Of a stretch of DNA of 64,000 nucleotides, positions 36,693 through 48,683 are shown piece after piece. Source of the stretch: Podarcis tiliguerta (lineage: Eukaryota). The translations under genes were made by a program, and so were the position numbers. The notes beneath the pieces were generated by a model, which saw only the letters and a program-made list of their open reading frames with translations, did not search any database and had not been told where the DNA came from. Numbering within the stretch: the stretch's first letter is position 1; every line of letters starts with the position of its first letter. The DNA lies in the NCBI GenBank assembly GCA_965153285.1, contig OZ229114.1. One strand, 5' to 3'.

Positions 36693-39600
36693 ATCTAGGG
36701 GTTATACATGCAAAATGTTCCCGTTTCCTTCGGAGGTATTGCAGTGCTTTCAAATGTGTGTTTGTCCTTATGTTCATTTTTATGGTGGTAATAAGGCTGC
36801 CATGAATGCAAGGTTAAAACTTGCTCTAAAGAAAGAATGGTTTGTGCCAATCACCAATTCTCCCTTTGAACAAGCTTGTTTAAGACGGAGTTTGTCTCAA
36901 AACAGTTTTGCTTCTTCCTCTGCATTTTCTTGATTGAGATCTTCACAGCACTTAAGGAGCATTCACATGATTGATTGCAGTGGCTGAGCAACATAAATAT
37001 CTACTTGAAATGTCATTGTGTCTTAATGCAATATCAGCCTTTGCAGGGTTGGGGAATAATCATTCCTTGCAACGCACACATTGTCAAATGGACGAATTAA
37101 TTAAACTGGAATCACAATGTTCCAAGAAAAAAAAAAAATATAAATACAAGTGTGTTAAGGAATTATAGTATAAAAATTACCTTGTTGTTTAATTGCTACA
37201 TATATTGCTGCATTGAATGAGTTCAGTGAGGTCTCCTCCTAGGGACCATATATCAGATCTGCTGTTTTGAGTAGTCCTCAGTCTATTGTGAAAAATATTT
37301 GTATTTCTAGCAATATCATTCACATTTGGGGGGTCACTTTAGTTTTATTTGGGTTTGTTATACATCCCTGAGATATGACTAAAGTCTTGAGGGGCACGTT
37401 ATGGTTTAAAGAAATGCAGACTATTGCTTAAGCAAAAATAAATAAACCGGGAGACAGATTTCGCTTGAGCTGTACAGTGCAGTCGTGAAGAGTGAGACTA
37501 TGAGTGTGACCTAGGAAGTCTGCACCAGTTTCTGGTTTTGTGAGGCCTGGGGCCAAGAAGCTGTTGGGAAGGGGGGGCACCTCCTCCTCTGGGGTGCTTG
37601 ACTCCAAACACACGCACAACACAGCACAGCACAGCACAATTACTTCCCTCTCCTTTGCAGGTGTTGAAGCCTATTTCAGGCAGCTTTTTCTTTAAAAGGT
37701 ACCGAGATCCTACTGCTATTATTAGCTATGTTTGAGAGGTGGTTTTTTTTTTTTTTAAGGGTTAGCTAGTTTTAAATATTTTAGCACACGATTCCTTGAG
37801 TATAAGTAGAGCTTCCCATGTAAGCTGATATTTGCTAGTAAAAGCCTGTCAAAAATTAATGTCAAGATTTATGGTCCATCAGTAAGTCTGAAATGTTATC
37901 TGTCAGTTTGTAGCTGTTGGTTTTTTGTTTTTTTATTTTGGCTGGTTCCCTCAAAGAAATAGGGCACAGCAGCTGGACAAAGACTGGGCTCTTCCTGGGT
38001 TCAGCGTTTATGCTCCAACCACCTCCCTTATGCAGTCAGTCAATAACTGCGCTGGCCAACTTTCTATTTTCTATCAATAAACATCGCGGTGCACAAAGAG
38101 CTCGATCCTATGATATCTTCTCTGAATAATAAAAGTGTCTTTTCCTAATGGCAGCCATCAGCCCCGGGGCTTGTTGGAGAGCATCTCCAAATCCTGCAAC
38201 AAAAGCATTTGCTGGAATGTGAAATCCCTACAGAGGGCAGATGCTGTAAGGCGTTTTCCTTTTTTTTTTAAAAAAAGGCACAGAAATTTTTACATTAGTT
38301 CCTAATCTGTGCAGCAAAGGAAGCTTTCTCTCTCTCTCAAGCAAAACTGCAATTGTAGCAGTTTCTGTTTATAGACTGTTTTGATTCTCCATTTGGGAAT
38401 TACTGGACAACAGAGAAAGAGAGATTTGGCTGCTGTGCAGTCATTAGGAGCTGCTGTTCCTTGAACAGACTTCCACTTATTCATCACATTTGGCACTCCA
38501 CTGCTAAAATAACCCTGACCAGGAGTCTCATCTTCAAATTAGGGCACGGGCGGTGGGGGAAGGGGATGCATGCTGAATGGGCTGGCTAGGACAGGAGGAG
38601 AGCAGCCACGGAGAGACACAGCAGCCATCCCCTCCCCACACTTCCGAATTGGCCTTTGGTCTGATCCAGCAGAGCTACTCGTGTGTTCCTAAAAAGTAAG
38701 CAACAAAACAAAGGGGATGGGGATGCAGCCAGGCTCTTGCTTCTGCAATGGAACATAATGAGTGCCTGTCCCTGAGCTGCAAAAACATACTCTGCATTTA
38801 ATGCCCCCCCAATCCTGGGAATTGTAGCTCTGTGAGCGGTAAACAGTAGTTAACTCCTCACAGAGCTACAATTCCCAAACAACACCGCCTGTTTCTTTTC
38901 ACAGAATGATTCGGTATTTTAAATGCCAGCCCCTCCTCCCCTTGTTAAAAAGCTTTTAAAATAATGTTTTGTGGACAAATGAATGTTTTAAAACATAGGT
39001 GTGCAATAATGCAGCGGTTGCTTTTTAAGCACATGCATGCCGTCTCTTCTGTCTTTAATGGTGAAGCAGGCCAGCTCTTGCCCATTCAGAAATCTCTGAA
39101 GGGCTGGCTGTGGGCCAGCTCCAGATGTGAGCCAAACAAATCGTGTGCACCAACGGGTGGCTCTGGGTACAGGGATGTGCATCCAGTCATATCAATGAGG
39201 CCTGAATGAGCATTGTGAGATGGGCTGGGGAATGTGCCCACAGCTGTGCAGTGGCATCCAGATGTGCTGCTTGTGCACATGGATTTCCCTCGCCAGACTG
39301 AGGCATTCTTTACATTTTAAAACGTGTCTGGGGAACCAAACATTCTGAAAAGGATTGCAGGTTTCACAAAAGAAGTAGTAAAAGTCTTTCTCCAAAAGCT
39401 GCCTGGTTGGCTGGTGTTTCTGTTGGTCACCGGGCAAAAAATGTGCATGATGCCATCTTGTGGCCAAATGTTTCCACTTTTTATGCACCAGAATAGCCAC
39501 AATCCAGCAACGATTCAACCTAATCTGCAGCATAGTGTTGTTTTGAAGATGATAAAAAAGAAGAAGAAAAGATTGGTGCAGGAGGAAAGGGAAGTAGATC

Positions 39601-41003
39601 CATATGCACCTTAGCAGAAAGCGAGGGCATCAAATGTAGTGAATAAAAAAAAATATGGCAAATAATTTGGGGGCCCATTGATGTGACCAGACTGTGCATG
39701 GCCCAAAATCATTAGATGGTTTAATCTTACTGCAGTACTGAGTTTATTAATATGAAAGGCCTAGGAAAACAGTAATTCTGTAACTACTTAAATTTTGCTG
39801 ATCACCTTTGAAATGATGATGTTTTTTAGGATGCATATTCTGACATTGTTTTGGGCATGGCTTGCTGTTGAAGAGTAGCAAATACCTGGAAACCCATCTT
39901 GTGGCCTAATCGAGGTGAGATTCCACTGCGTTTTTTCTTGAGAATAAGTTATTGATACTGTAATGGCAGGGGTTTTTTTGCTTTGTTTTTAACAATAATG
40001 TGCTTAATAATTATTTTTGTTAAGCCCTGCAATTGAGACAATGAAGATTTGATTTGGGGTTGTTATCCGACAGCGTTCTGTCAGGCTGGTCAATATTTTG
40101 TGTGTGTAGCACACTGATTGACTCATGATGTGAGATAATGTTCTCTTTTATCTCAGCCTTACTGGTCCTTGGTAAATCCAGGTTACTCAAGCGTCAGTTT
40201 GACTGCCTGTACATACTTGTGTAAGATTTACCATGTTATTTCAGAGCCTTTGATGGAAGGCATTGCGTAAGAACAAAGCCTCGTTTGTTTCTTAAAAGAC
40301 TAGATCCACACTCACATGGTGCTGCGTAGCAGACAGGGAATCCTGCCATTTGTCTTTGGGAATGCTCTGAGGATTCCCTTGTACCCAGTAAAGGGTATGA
40401 CCCGCATTACAGCTTACATGTAGCTCTTTGTAAACTTAGCCAGCTGAGCTTTAAAACAAATTAGATCCCCCCCTTACATTATTAAAGGAGGATCATTCTA
40501 ATGCCTCTGAAAGCATGGAAATCTCTTCTTCAACCTGAAGTTATCAATGGAGGTCAGCTTCTTATCCGTTGACTTCCATCAAAGAATACCAAGTACAGTA
40601 TCTCCCCCCAACTGTCAACACAGTTATGCAAAGTAATTCTATGGAACCTATGGATTACGCAAATATGTGTGAACTGTGTTGCAGAATGTTTACAGGTTGC
40701 AGAATTTCACTCTTCTAGTCATAAAATTGAAGCTATCTTTGGGCTAGAGGTTTTATCGTTCGTTTTCAGTGCACACAGATCTCTCCAGCCCCATTCCTCC
40801 ATCTATGAAGATGACTATATGTAAACAAACGTCTCTCACTGCGACCTTGCCTTTCTTTCATCTGACTCTCGGCATGGGGACCGAGCTGTCCCCAGAGTGC
40901 TGCTGCTGAGAGGTTAAAAGGGTTGGATACAGCAATCCCTTGGGTGATAAAAAAAACTGTTTACAAATGTATTAAACATAAAAGGAAACAGATAGTAACA
41001 TTT

Positions 41004-41009
41004 TTTATT
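41004..41009 (-). terminator. ARID5B polyadenylation signal
   Basis: Plus TTTATT = minus AATAAA, preceded by UGUA motifs and followed by U/GU-rich sequence (tgtttcctttttatgttt). Confidence 0.65.
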
Positions 41010-42863
41010 AAATATTACAGTGGATCAAAAAGTACAAAATATCTTTGCTTGCTATGTGATTGGGAAACTATTGGCACATAATACAGTATCAAAAGCATTA
41101 ATACATACAATTTGGAAAACATACAAAAATTGAGTGTTTATAGTTGGCTCAGCTTTTTTTTCTTTCTTTCTTTCTGGTAGTGTTTAAACTTATTTAATTT
41201 GAAAGGTTACTCAGTAACCCTTTTATTCTTTTAAAAAATGGGAAAACTATATAATATTACTGGGCCATTTTTTTTCTATATACAAATAATCACCTTACAG
41301 AGCATATAAGCTACAATAACTTGAATCACAAGAATGTATACACTATTTACAACAAAAGAACGCTCAAAACAAAGTATAAACAGCTAGTAGATTATGCTGC
41401 CTTTGTTAGACCATATTTAAAACTATGGGAGGGGAGGAATACATGTAAAATATCAAATACATTGACAGCTAACACCGGTTAAGTGCTCAATAATGATAGT
41501 TTCAATACTGCAGACCTCATTATCAGTGAAATATTTTCCCACTATAAGCATTACGAATTGTGAAATGGGGCCAGGCTTGACTACGCTCCTTGCTGTACAA
41601 TCGGATCACATGGAATAACGAGTGAGTAGAAGCCAACCTCTCCCTTTAAAGGCACACACCACACAACCTATTTCTGTGGCCATCTACTGGCTTCTGTGAG
41701 CCACACAACAGAATAGGACAGAGCTGGAACATATGGGGACTAGTCAAGAAAACAGTGAGACAGAAGTGACTTTGGCTCTGTTTAACTCTTGCACGGCTGC
41801 TGCCTCTCTGGTTGCTCCTGTGCCACCCCCAGTTAGGCTGCTTACACAATTAGGCATCACCCGAGAGACATTTCCCTGAGTGGCGGAGGAACAACTACAC
41901 TATCACACCATTCCAGCTAACGTGTAAAATGGGGCCAAAATTACTCTCAGCTTTTCTTGATGCAGAAGTTACCTGGAGTGGAATAACCATGGAAACAGTA
42001 ACAATCCCATTACTCCAGGTACTATATTAAACAGGGCTCAAGTCACAGGTTTCATTGGCTTGCGGCCTGCGTGCTTAAGGATTCATGGAGCAGTTCAATA
42101 AGCCAGGAACACTTCTTAGCTTTATGTTGGGCTTCAGATGGAATTGGGAAACTCTTCTGATTACTAAAGTGAGAATCCGGTTGCAAAAGGCCTCACCCAA
42201 CACAAACCCCTCCCCATGTCAATGGCTTCTAAAAAGACAATTCTATCAAGGGGAGGGAAAGGTTTTCTTTGTCTTTAATCTCATCAACCTTCAGAATCTT
42301 TAATGAATCCTGAACAGAGTGAGTTGGAATTGCAACATTTCTTGGGACCAACTCATGGTAAATAGATTTATCACGCTGTTGCCAATTAAACTGTTTTCTT
42401 TACCAGTCTACCAATAACAAAAAAAACACTTGTGCAATTTCATTCAGTAAGGCCCCTTGAACTCAAACAAAGCAAACAAAGCCCCATTTAAGTCACAGAA
42501 AGTAGTCTTCTGCCAGTGGAAAATGCAATACTTAATAGAAATCATGGATTTTTTAAAAGCATTCTTAGGCAACCCACCCCACCAATGGTATGAGCTATGT
42601 CCTCATTGCTCTTCATTTACCCTCATCTTGGCCAATGCATCATGAGCTTTCTAAAAATAAGCCAATCTTCCTATTGAAAAAAGCAAGAGGAACACACACA
42701 CAAAAAGAGGGGGGGGGGGTGTCAATTAACCCTGCACTGTGATCTGTCCGAACAACTTTCAAAACGATGCATGAAACTGAAATGGGAGACTTACAAAATA
42801 AGCACACGAGGTTAAGATTGAACAGTATGGTTATCAAATCAAACTTTCAAAAATGAGTCATCC

Positions 42864-43170
42864 TAGGGTTGTGGGATTTGGAATAAATGGACAGTCAAGT
42901 ACCCTCATTTGCACGCATAGCTCCTGTGCAGGAGGGCAGCCCCATTCCTTTCAAGAGGGTGGGGAGCTAAGTATGTGCCAGAGGATTTGTGCACAGTGCG
43001 ACCCTCTACCGGAGGGAAAGGGGTAGGATAGGGGCGTACCACTGTCAGCAACGTGGAGCTACCTCTGCATGCAGTAAATGACTTGCTAAGGGTGTGCTGT
43101 TCCAAAACGAGGGACCATCCTTTTAAAACAAGGGACATCCCTTACTGTAAGGGGGAATCAGGCAACCCTA
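42864..43170. mobile_element. hAT/Blackjack-like element remnant within the ARID5B 3' UTR
   Basis: TAGGGTTG...CAACCCTA termini; subterminal GGGAC motifs; flanks CATCC/CATGC. Confidence 0.55.
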
Positions 43171-46100
43171 CATGCAGATTATCCCAAACAAATCAGAGAT
43201 GCATTACATCCTGGATTACCAAACCAGGCACATAATTCTAACAGTCATTGCAGGCTTATACAACCCTGCCAACCTCCCTTCCCCCTCCCCACCTTGATTA
43301 TTATATTAGTCAGGTTTAGTGCAATTTTTTTGTATACTAATAATGCCCTCTATGGCATCCGATCAACTTAGAATGTGATTGTTGTTGTTTTTTTGAATGC
43401 TCCGAGCACAGCAGGAAAAAGAAAAGCAAAAGTCGGCATTGGCACATTTATCTTCTAAAGTCTACTAGCCTGCTTATGCATCATCAGTTCATATAATTTT
43501 ACCACAAGAACATAAAAGCGTTAAATTGAAGATAACATCGATCTTTAACAGTAGATGTCTATTATTTTGTTGTTTTTTTCCACCATTGTATATTAAATAG
43601 GTTACATTATATATTGCAGTTGGCTTCATATCACAGGAAATTTCAATATAGGATGTTTGGCATGCATGCACGATGTTGCTTAAGTAGTTTCCACTAGTTT
43701 CCAGTAGTTTTGATTATTACTGTATTTGAATTGCAATCTGGGATGGGTTCAGCTCACAACTGATTTTCACATTGTAAAATGCCTCAAAAAGTTCAGCCTC
43801 TCTGGATGGCTGTCCATACTTCCAGACCCAGCAGAGAAAGGTTCCTCCAAATAAATCCGCATCGTTGTAGGTTGATTTTCCCCATGGAAAAAACCCAAAC
43901 CCACCAGCTTCACTTACGGACTTGTCTCTTCAAATTATACCTTGTGACTGGGGTGTGGGGCTGCATTTTAGCCTCATGGGGAGGACCTGCCCCACCACCA
44001 ACTCAAGCTGATCGCTGTTGAGCCAAGTGCTCAGTGGGCTGCCATGGCCACGCTGTGTGGCCAGCGATGATGGCAGAGAGGTATGGGGCAGCCTCAACAT
44101 ATTGGGCTGCCTTTGATGCTTCCTGAATGGGAGGTGGAAACTCAGCAAATCCATGAGAGAGACTGGAACCAAAACTAGTGGAAGCTGGCATTGTTTCTTT
44201 GATTTGAACAAAGCCAGCTTCACGGCAGCACCTGACATTTCCTCCCTCTCTGGTGGGAAACATCACTTGTGCTGGTACACGGTGTCAGAGAGGAATATGA
44301 GATGGGGGCAGAGGACACGGTCCTTGGGGCTTCCTACTTAGCACCTAATGTGTTCTGATTACACACATTGGGCGCTTGCTTTCTACACCAAGGTTCTGTC
44401 CCTGTGTGAACAGCAATGGAAGCTTCAGCAAAGGCCTCCTAGAAAGCCCTCAGCTGCTCACTCAAAGCCGCTGACAAAGGGCTCTTCGATCACCTTTCCC
44501 TCCCAAGAGGAACAGCAGTACAGGCTGAATCAAACCTTCCCTTTTGCACCTCAGGTGCTCATGCAACAAGCCAAGGCCAAAGCAAATGTGAGCGAGCAGC
44601 CAGCTGCAGTCTTTAAGGGTAGGACTCTTACTCTTGCTGTTCCCATGGGTGTGTAAGGGGTGTGTGCATGCACTAAAAGGGCCCTTGAGTGCTCCTCTAA
44701 AGCCTCCAAGCTTGCACAGTAGCAAGTCAGTGGGTGGAGCCATGCCTGCCAGCTCTTCGAGCCTTTCCTCACATCAAAATATATCCCCTTTTATACTTCA
44801 GCTGCTGCCCTTTGTGCTGCGGTCCTGACCCTGCAATGATCTGAGCACCCTAGCTCATTCCAGCAAAATATCTCAAGGCAATTTTTAGCTTTCAGCAGGA
44901 AGACTCTCGGGAGAGTCAACAGGGTACTCTGGCTCAGGCTTCAGAAATGCCACTGGCATGGAACTTTTGTTCAATAGGACCAGAGAGTCAAAGTCAAGTA
45001 AAATCGGGCTTAAGTGGTTTGTAGATTAAGCTGCCATTTTTGTTTTGAGTCCAAGCCACATGGTCAGAATACTTTGCTGGAAGAAGGTGGGGTGTTCAGC
45101 ACTTTGGAGGAGGGCTCCACCAAGCAAGAGTTCAACCAGTTCATAGCCCAAAGGTGACCCTCAAAAGACTGACTTCCAGATTTGGAATGGCTCCTTGCTA
45201 TTATCTTTCTCAGAACGTTTATACGTTCTCACCCATCTCACTTCAGCAGCACAGAATCCAGACCACCTTTAACTAAAATGCTTCACCTTCTTTCTCTCCT
45301 AACGGCTGAAATTCTCGAAATAGTTTAACAGCCCACAATAAAGGTTCTTTAGAACTCCAATGTTATTGAGTAACTTGTTGCCAGCACAGTCTCCTAAGCA
45401 TGTTTCCTTTCTGGTATGCAGGACAGTTTCACAGCCTAGATAAGGTTAAGTACAATTCTTAACAAATTCACAGACCATGATACAGGAAAACCAGATCCCA
45501 GTGGCCAGTAAAACAGCAAAGTATGAACAATTAGAGAACCATTTTGATGGGTGAGGGGAACGCTCAGCACCTTTGAAGGATCTAGTCGCTTGAGAAGGAA
45601 CTGATGTTTGGACTCAGCTGCAATTGTGTGATCTACAGTATGCTTCTCTCTCCATTGGAAAGGTTCATTGAAAATGGATGCTTTTGTTTTGTAAACAATG
45701 ACATTACCACCCAAAAAGCTGCTCTAAAAACATAAGCAGAAAGGGGGAAAGGAAGGGGGAAAATATAAACACATTAAAAAAAGAAGCCCTCAATGACCAG
45801 CGCCTTTTTTTCTTTTACCAAAAAGAGGTTGCAAATGAAAAGAGACTGTTCTTTTAAATTAAACAGAGCACAGGATAAGTTGAAAATAACTTGCATAAAT
45901 TATACAAATGAACTTGACGCTGGAGATTCTTTTGTTTTGTTTCTGAAGCAGATATGTAAAGTCTAATTGGACAGTGTTTACTTTTCCTGTTTTGATAGTG
46001 TTAAGATGAAATGCTATGAAGTTTCTGCTATACATTGCATTGATTTGAAATCTGAAAAGTCAGAAAACAAAATGGTACCCAAAGAAGCAATATCCGTAGA

Positions 46101-46541
46101 TCATTTGCTTGTTCCACTTTCTCTCTCATCAGACCTGCCTCTTTTTCTACTTGAAATGCTCCAAAACCCACTCTTTTTTAAGGGGGGGACACAAACAAAC
46201 AAACAAACACCTTTTTTCTCCTCCAAGATAAGGGGGGTGGAGCCTAATGTTCCCCTTGCTCTTCTCTGACACTTGTTTTCCGCATGATACAGATACTTTG
46301 CGAACCTTCTTTGCAATGTGAAATGACCACGGAGGAGTAGATGCAGGAGCCCAAAGTAAAAAAACAAAGCCCAGGCGAATCGACTGTCTTGCTTGACCCT
46401 CGATCAACTCTGAAGCCTTCAGCAATGAGGGACAAAACTGCTTATTGGTTAACACAAATAATCGGCTTTTTGTTTAAATTTTGCAAGACATCACAGGCTA
46501 AAAGGAATGTAGTTGTTTGTTGTTGTTTTCCAAGGGAGGAT

Positions 46542-48683
46542 TTACAGTTTTGTGCTCGGATGTACAGAAGACAACTGAGAAGGCGGGAAAGCAGCCTGAG
46601 GATTGATAGCAGCCAAAGGATAAATGTTGTTGTGCAAAAGGTCGCCATATGAACTTCCTACAGGTGTGGCTGCAGCTAAGTGCCTGTAAAGCTGCTGTGA
46701 ATTTCCAGGGGACGTAAGGAACTGTCTTTGCACCATGAACGAGTGGAGAGCCAAAGGCTGCATTAGTGGAGAAAGCACTGCCTGATTTTTCAAGTATTGT
46801 AGAGGATGAGAATACCCAGCTGGGATGCGGTTGCTCAGGCCGCTGCACAATGTCCCTGGGTACAAGCCTGTGAAGATGGGGCTGGAGAGGGGAAACTTGT
46901 GGCCCTCCAGCATGCCGCCGGGAGGGAGGACGTGTGCTGATTTGCTGCCCTCGGCCTCTTGCTCGAGACCCTTGTCTTTTGCAGGGGCTTCCTTTGGTAA
47001 GCGCAGGGGCGAGACGGCTCGGATCTTCTTTTCCGAAATGGCTTTGTCCAAATCCTCCAGGCTGCGCTTCAGAGGCCGAGCTGCCCCAATGGTTTGAGCA
47101 TTGGTTTTGTGGCTTAGGATGGGGTGGACCATGCCCTCCATCTTCCTTGGGGTCTGCTGTTTGTTGGTCCTGAGAAGAGGCTCGCCGTGCTTCTTGGGGG
47201 CCGACACCGTCATTGGAGAAACACGACAAGCTTTGGGGTTGCAGTCTATGCTCAGAGGCTGGCCGCTCAAGGCTTGGAACTGGGATATGCTTTTGCTCTC
47301 CACCGAAGCATGCAAGAGGGAAGATGACCCCAGAGCTTTTGCAGTCTGTTTGGGAGTACTTTTAGGAAGACTCAGATCTGTCGGCTGATCATCAGAAGAG
47401 GCTTCCATGGGGCTCTTTTTCTCCGGCTGATGGAGAGGCGGGTGGTAGCTTAAGCTTCGCTTGTCTTGGTGCTTGTGTTGAGGGAACATGGAAAGGGCTT
47501 CCGTATCCCTATACATGTCTCGGTGGAGGTACTTTGACGTCTGTTCATTATTAAGGTGGTGTTCGGTGTGCCTGTAAAGGCTGTGCAGGTGAGGAGATGA
47601 GTAAAAGTCTGCCAAGAAAGCAGGCATGTGGGAGTGGTGCAGCGCCCTTTTTTCATTCATTCTATCTTTCATGTCCTGGATCTCCGACTTTAGTGCATAG
47701 GATTCGGCCAGAGCACTCAGGTGTTGTTTGGTGAAATCGCAACATTCAGAATCAGTTTTCTTGAGTAGCAGTTCGTGCCTGTAGGTTTCACTAGCAGACT
47801 TCCTCTCGTCCGAATTCTTGGGTTTGAAACTCTGTACGTGTTGGATCACAGATGGCCTGCTGAGTGCCGCAGCATCCATCCCAGAGGCATGGGAAGCCTG
47901 TGGCATGCTTGACAACAGGTCCTCTTTGCTGCTTAATTTCTTCTTGCTGATCAAAGGTGGTGGTGAGCCGTAAGGGTAGCTGCAGGAGAGGGTTGCCCCA
48001 CTGACTTGTGACAAGAGCTTCTTCTTTGCCAGAGGTGACATGATGCCCGGGTTGCCTTTGGAGTAGAGCAGTGGTGTGCAGCTGAACCCAGGCTCACCAT
48101 TAAGGGAACTCGGCACTTCTTTCTCTTTGAACATGTCGAAATTTTGTACTACAAGGACTTTGGGACTCTGTTTCAGTGCATTGTGTATGTCCTCATTTCC
48201 TAACTGATCCACTTTAACCGTGCAGTTGGCAATGTAGTCCGCCATCTCTGGGAGTTTATCGTCTTCCATCTCACTTTGACTTGGAAGTGGGAGCTGGATA
48301 GTGGGAAAGTTATTAAATGGAATTTCTTGGGCACTACTTTCTAGGTCGTCTGTGAGACAGTGAACTCTTTGTTCCTGCTTTGGCTCATCTGGGTCCTCTG
48401 ACAGACTGGGGATTTTCCCAACTGTGGAATTCAAGACCTCATCTTCTTCTGGGGACACCAAAGCACTTGAGACAGAATCTTTGCATGACATCTCCTCCTT
48501 GACTTCCTCACTGTTTGAGCTGACCTCTTCAAAGTCTGTCTTTTCCAATGATGGCATCCCAGTTACATCTAGTGGAGAAACCTGGGACTCTTCTATAGGC
48601 AGCTTCATCTCCTCTGCCACAGTAAGCTCAGATGAGCTTTTCTGGTCTGGACATTCTTGAACTTTCTCTTGTTCCGATGATGC
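46542..48683 (-). CDS. ARID5B: AT-rich interaction domain 5B, large terminal coding exon (orthologous exon 10)
   Basis: Acceptor ttttattag|GCA at 48683, phase 0, in frame with ORF 46542..48620. Hallmark motifs LPEMADYIANCTVKVDQLG, GNPGIMSPLAKKKLLSQVSGA, DFYSSPHLHSLYRHTEHHL, DDQPTDLSLPK (CtBP-type PxDLS), C-terminus SSVHPSTKL*. Confidence 0.97.
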   Translation of the reverse strand, partial: ASSEQEKVQECPDQKSSSELTVAEEMKLPIEESQVSPLDVTGMPSLEKTDFEEVSSNSEEVKEEMSCKDSVSSALVSPEEDEVLNSTVGKIPSLSEDPDEPKQEQRVHCLTDDLESSAQEIPFNNFPTIQLPLPSQSEMEDDKLPEMADYIANCTVKVDQLGNEDIHNALKQSPKVLVVQNFDMFKEKEVPSSLNGEPGFSCTPLLYSKGNPGIMSPLAKKKLLSQVSGATLSCSYPYGSPPPLISKKKLSSKEDLLSSMPQASHASGMDAAALSRPSVIQHVQSFKPKNSDERKSASETYRHELLLKKTDSECCDFTKQHLSALAESYALKSEIQDMKDRMNEKRALHHSHMPAFLADFYSSPHLHSLYRHTEHHLNNEQTSKYLHRDMYRDTEALSMFPQHKHQDKRSLSYHPPLHQPEKKSPMEASSDDQPTDLSLPKSTPKQTAKALGSSSLLHASVESKSISQFQALSGQPLSIDCNPKACRVSPMTVSAPKKHGEPLLRTNKQQTPRKMEGMVHPILSHKTNAQTIGAARPLKRSLEDLDKAISEKKIRAVSPLRLPKEAPAKDKGLEQEAEGSKSAHVLPPGGMLEGHKFPLSSPIFTGLYPGTLCSGLSNRIPAGYSHPLQYLKNQAVLSPLMQPLALHSFMVQRQFLTSPGNSQQLYRHLAAATPVGSSYGDLLHNNIYPLAAINPQAAFPPSQLSSVHPSTKL

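Larger units (their letters stand above)
40985..46541 (-). other. ARID5B: ARID5B 3' UTR (~5.5 kb, end inferred)
   Basis: Downstream of the TAA stop; AU-rich blocks at ~43430-43780 and ~41000-41560; ends near a minus-strand AATAAA. Confidence 0.65.

Noticed and set aside
46498-47229. 243-codon alternative-frame ORF overlapping the ARID5B last exon
   Set aside because: It starts at TTG, has no ATG, and I found no X_XXY_YYZ slippery site near where the -1 frame opens (~47360). Best explained as a by-product of codon usage; relevant only to frameshift alleles.
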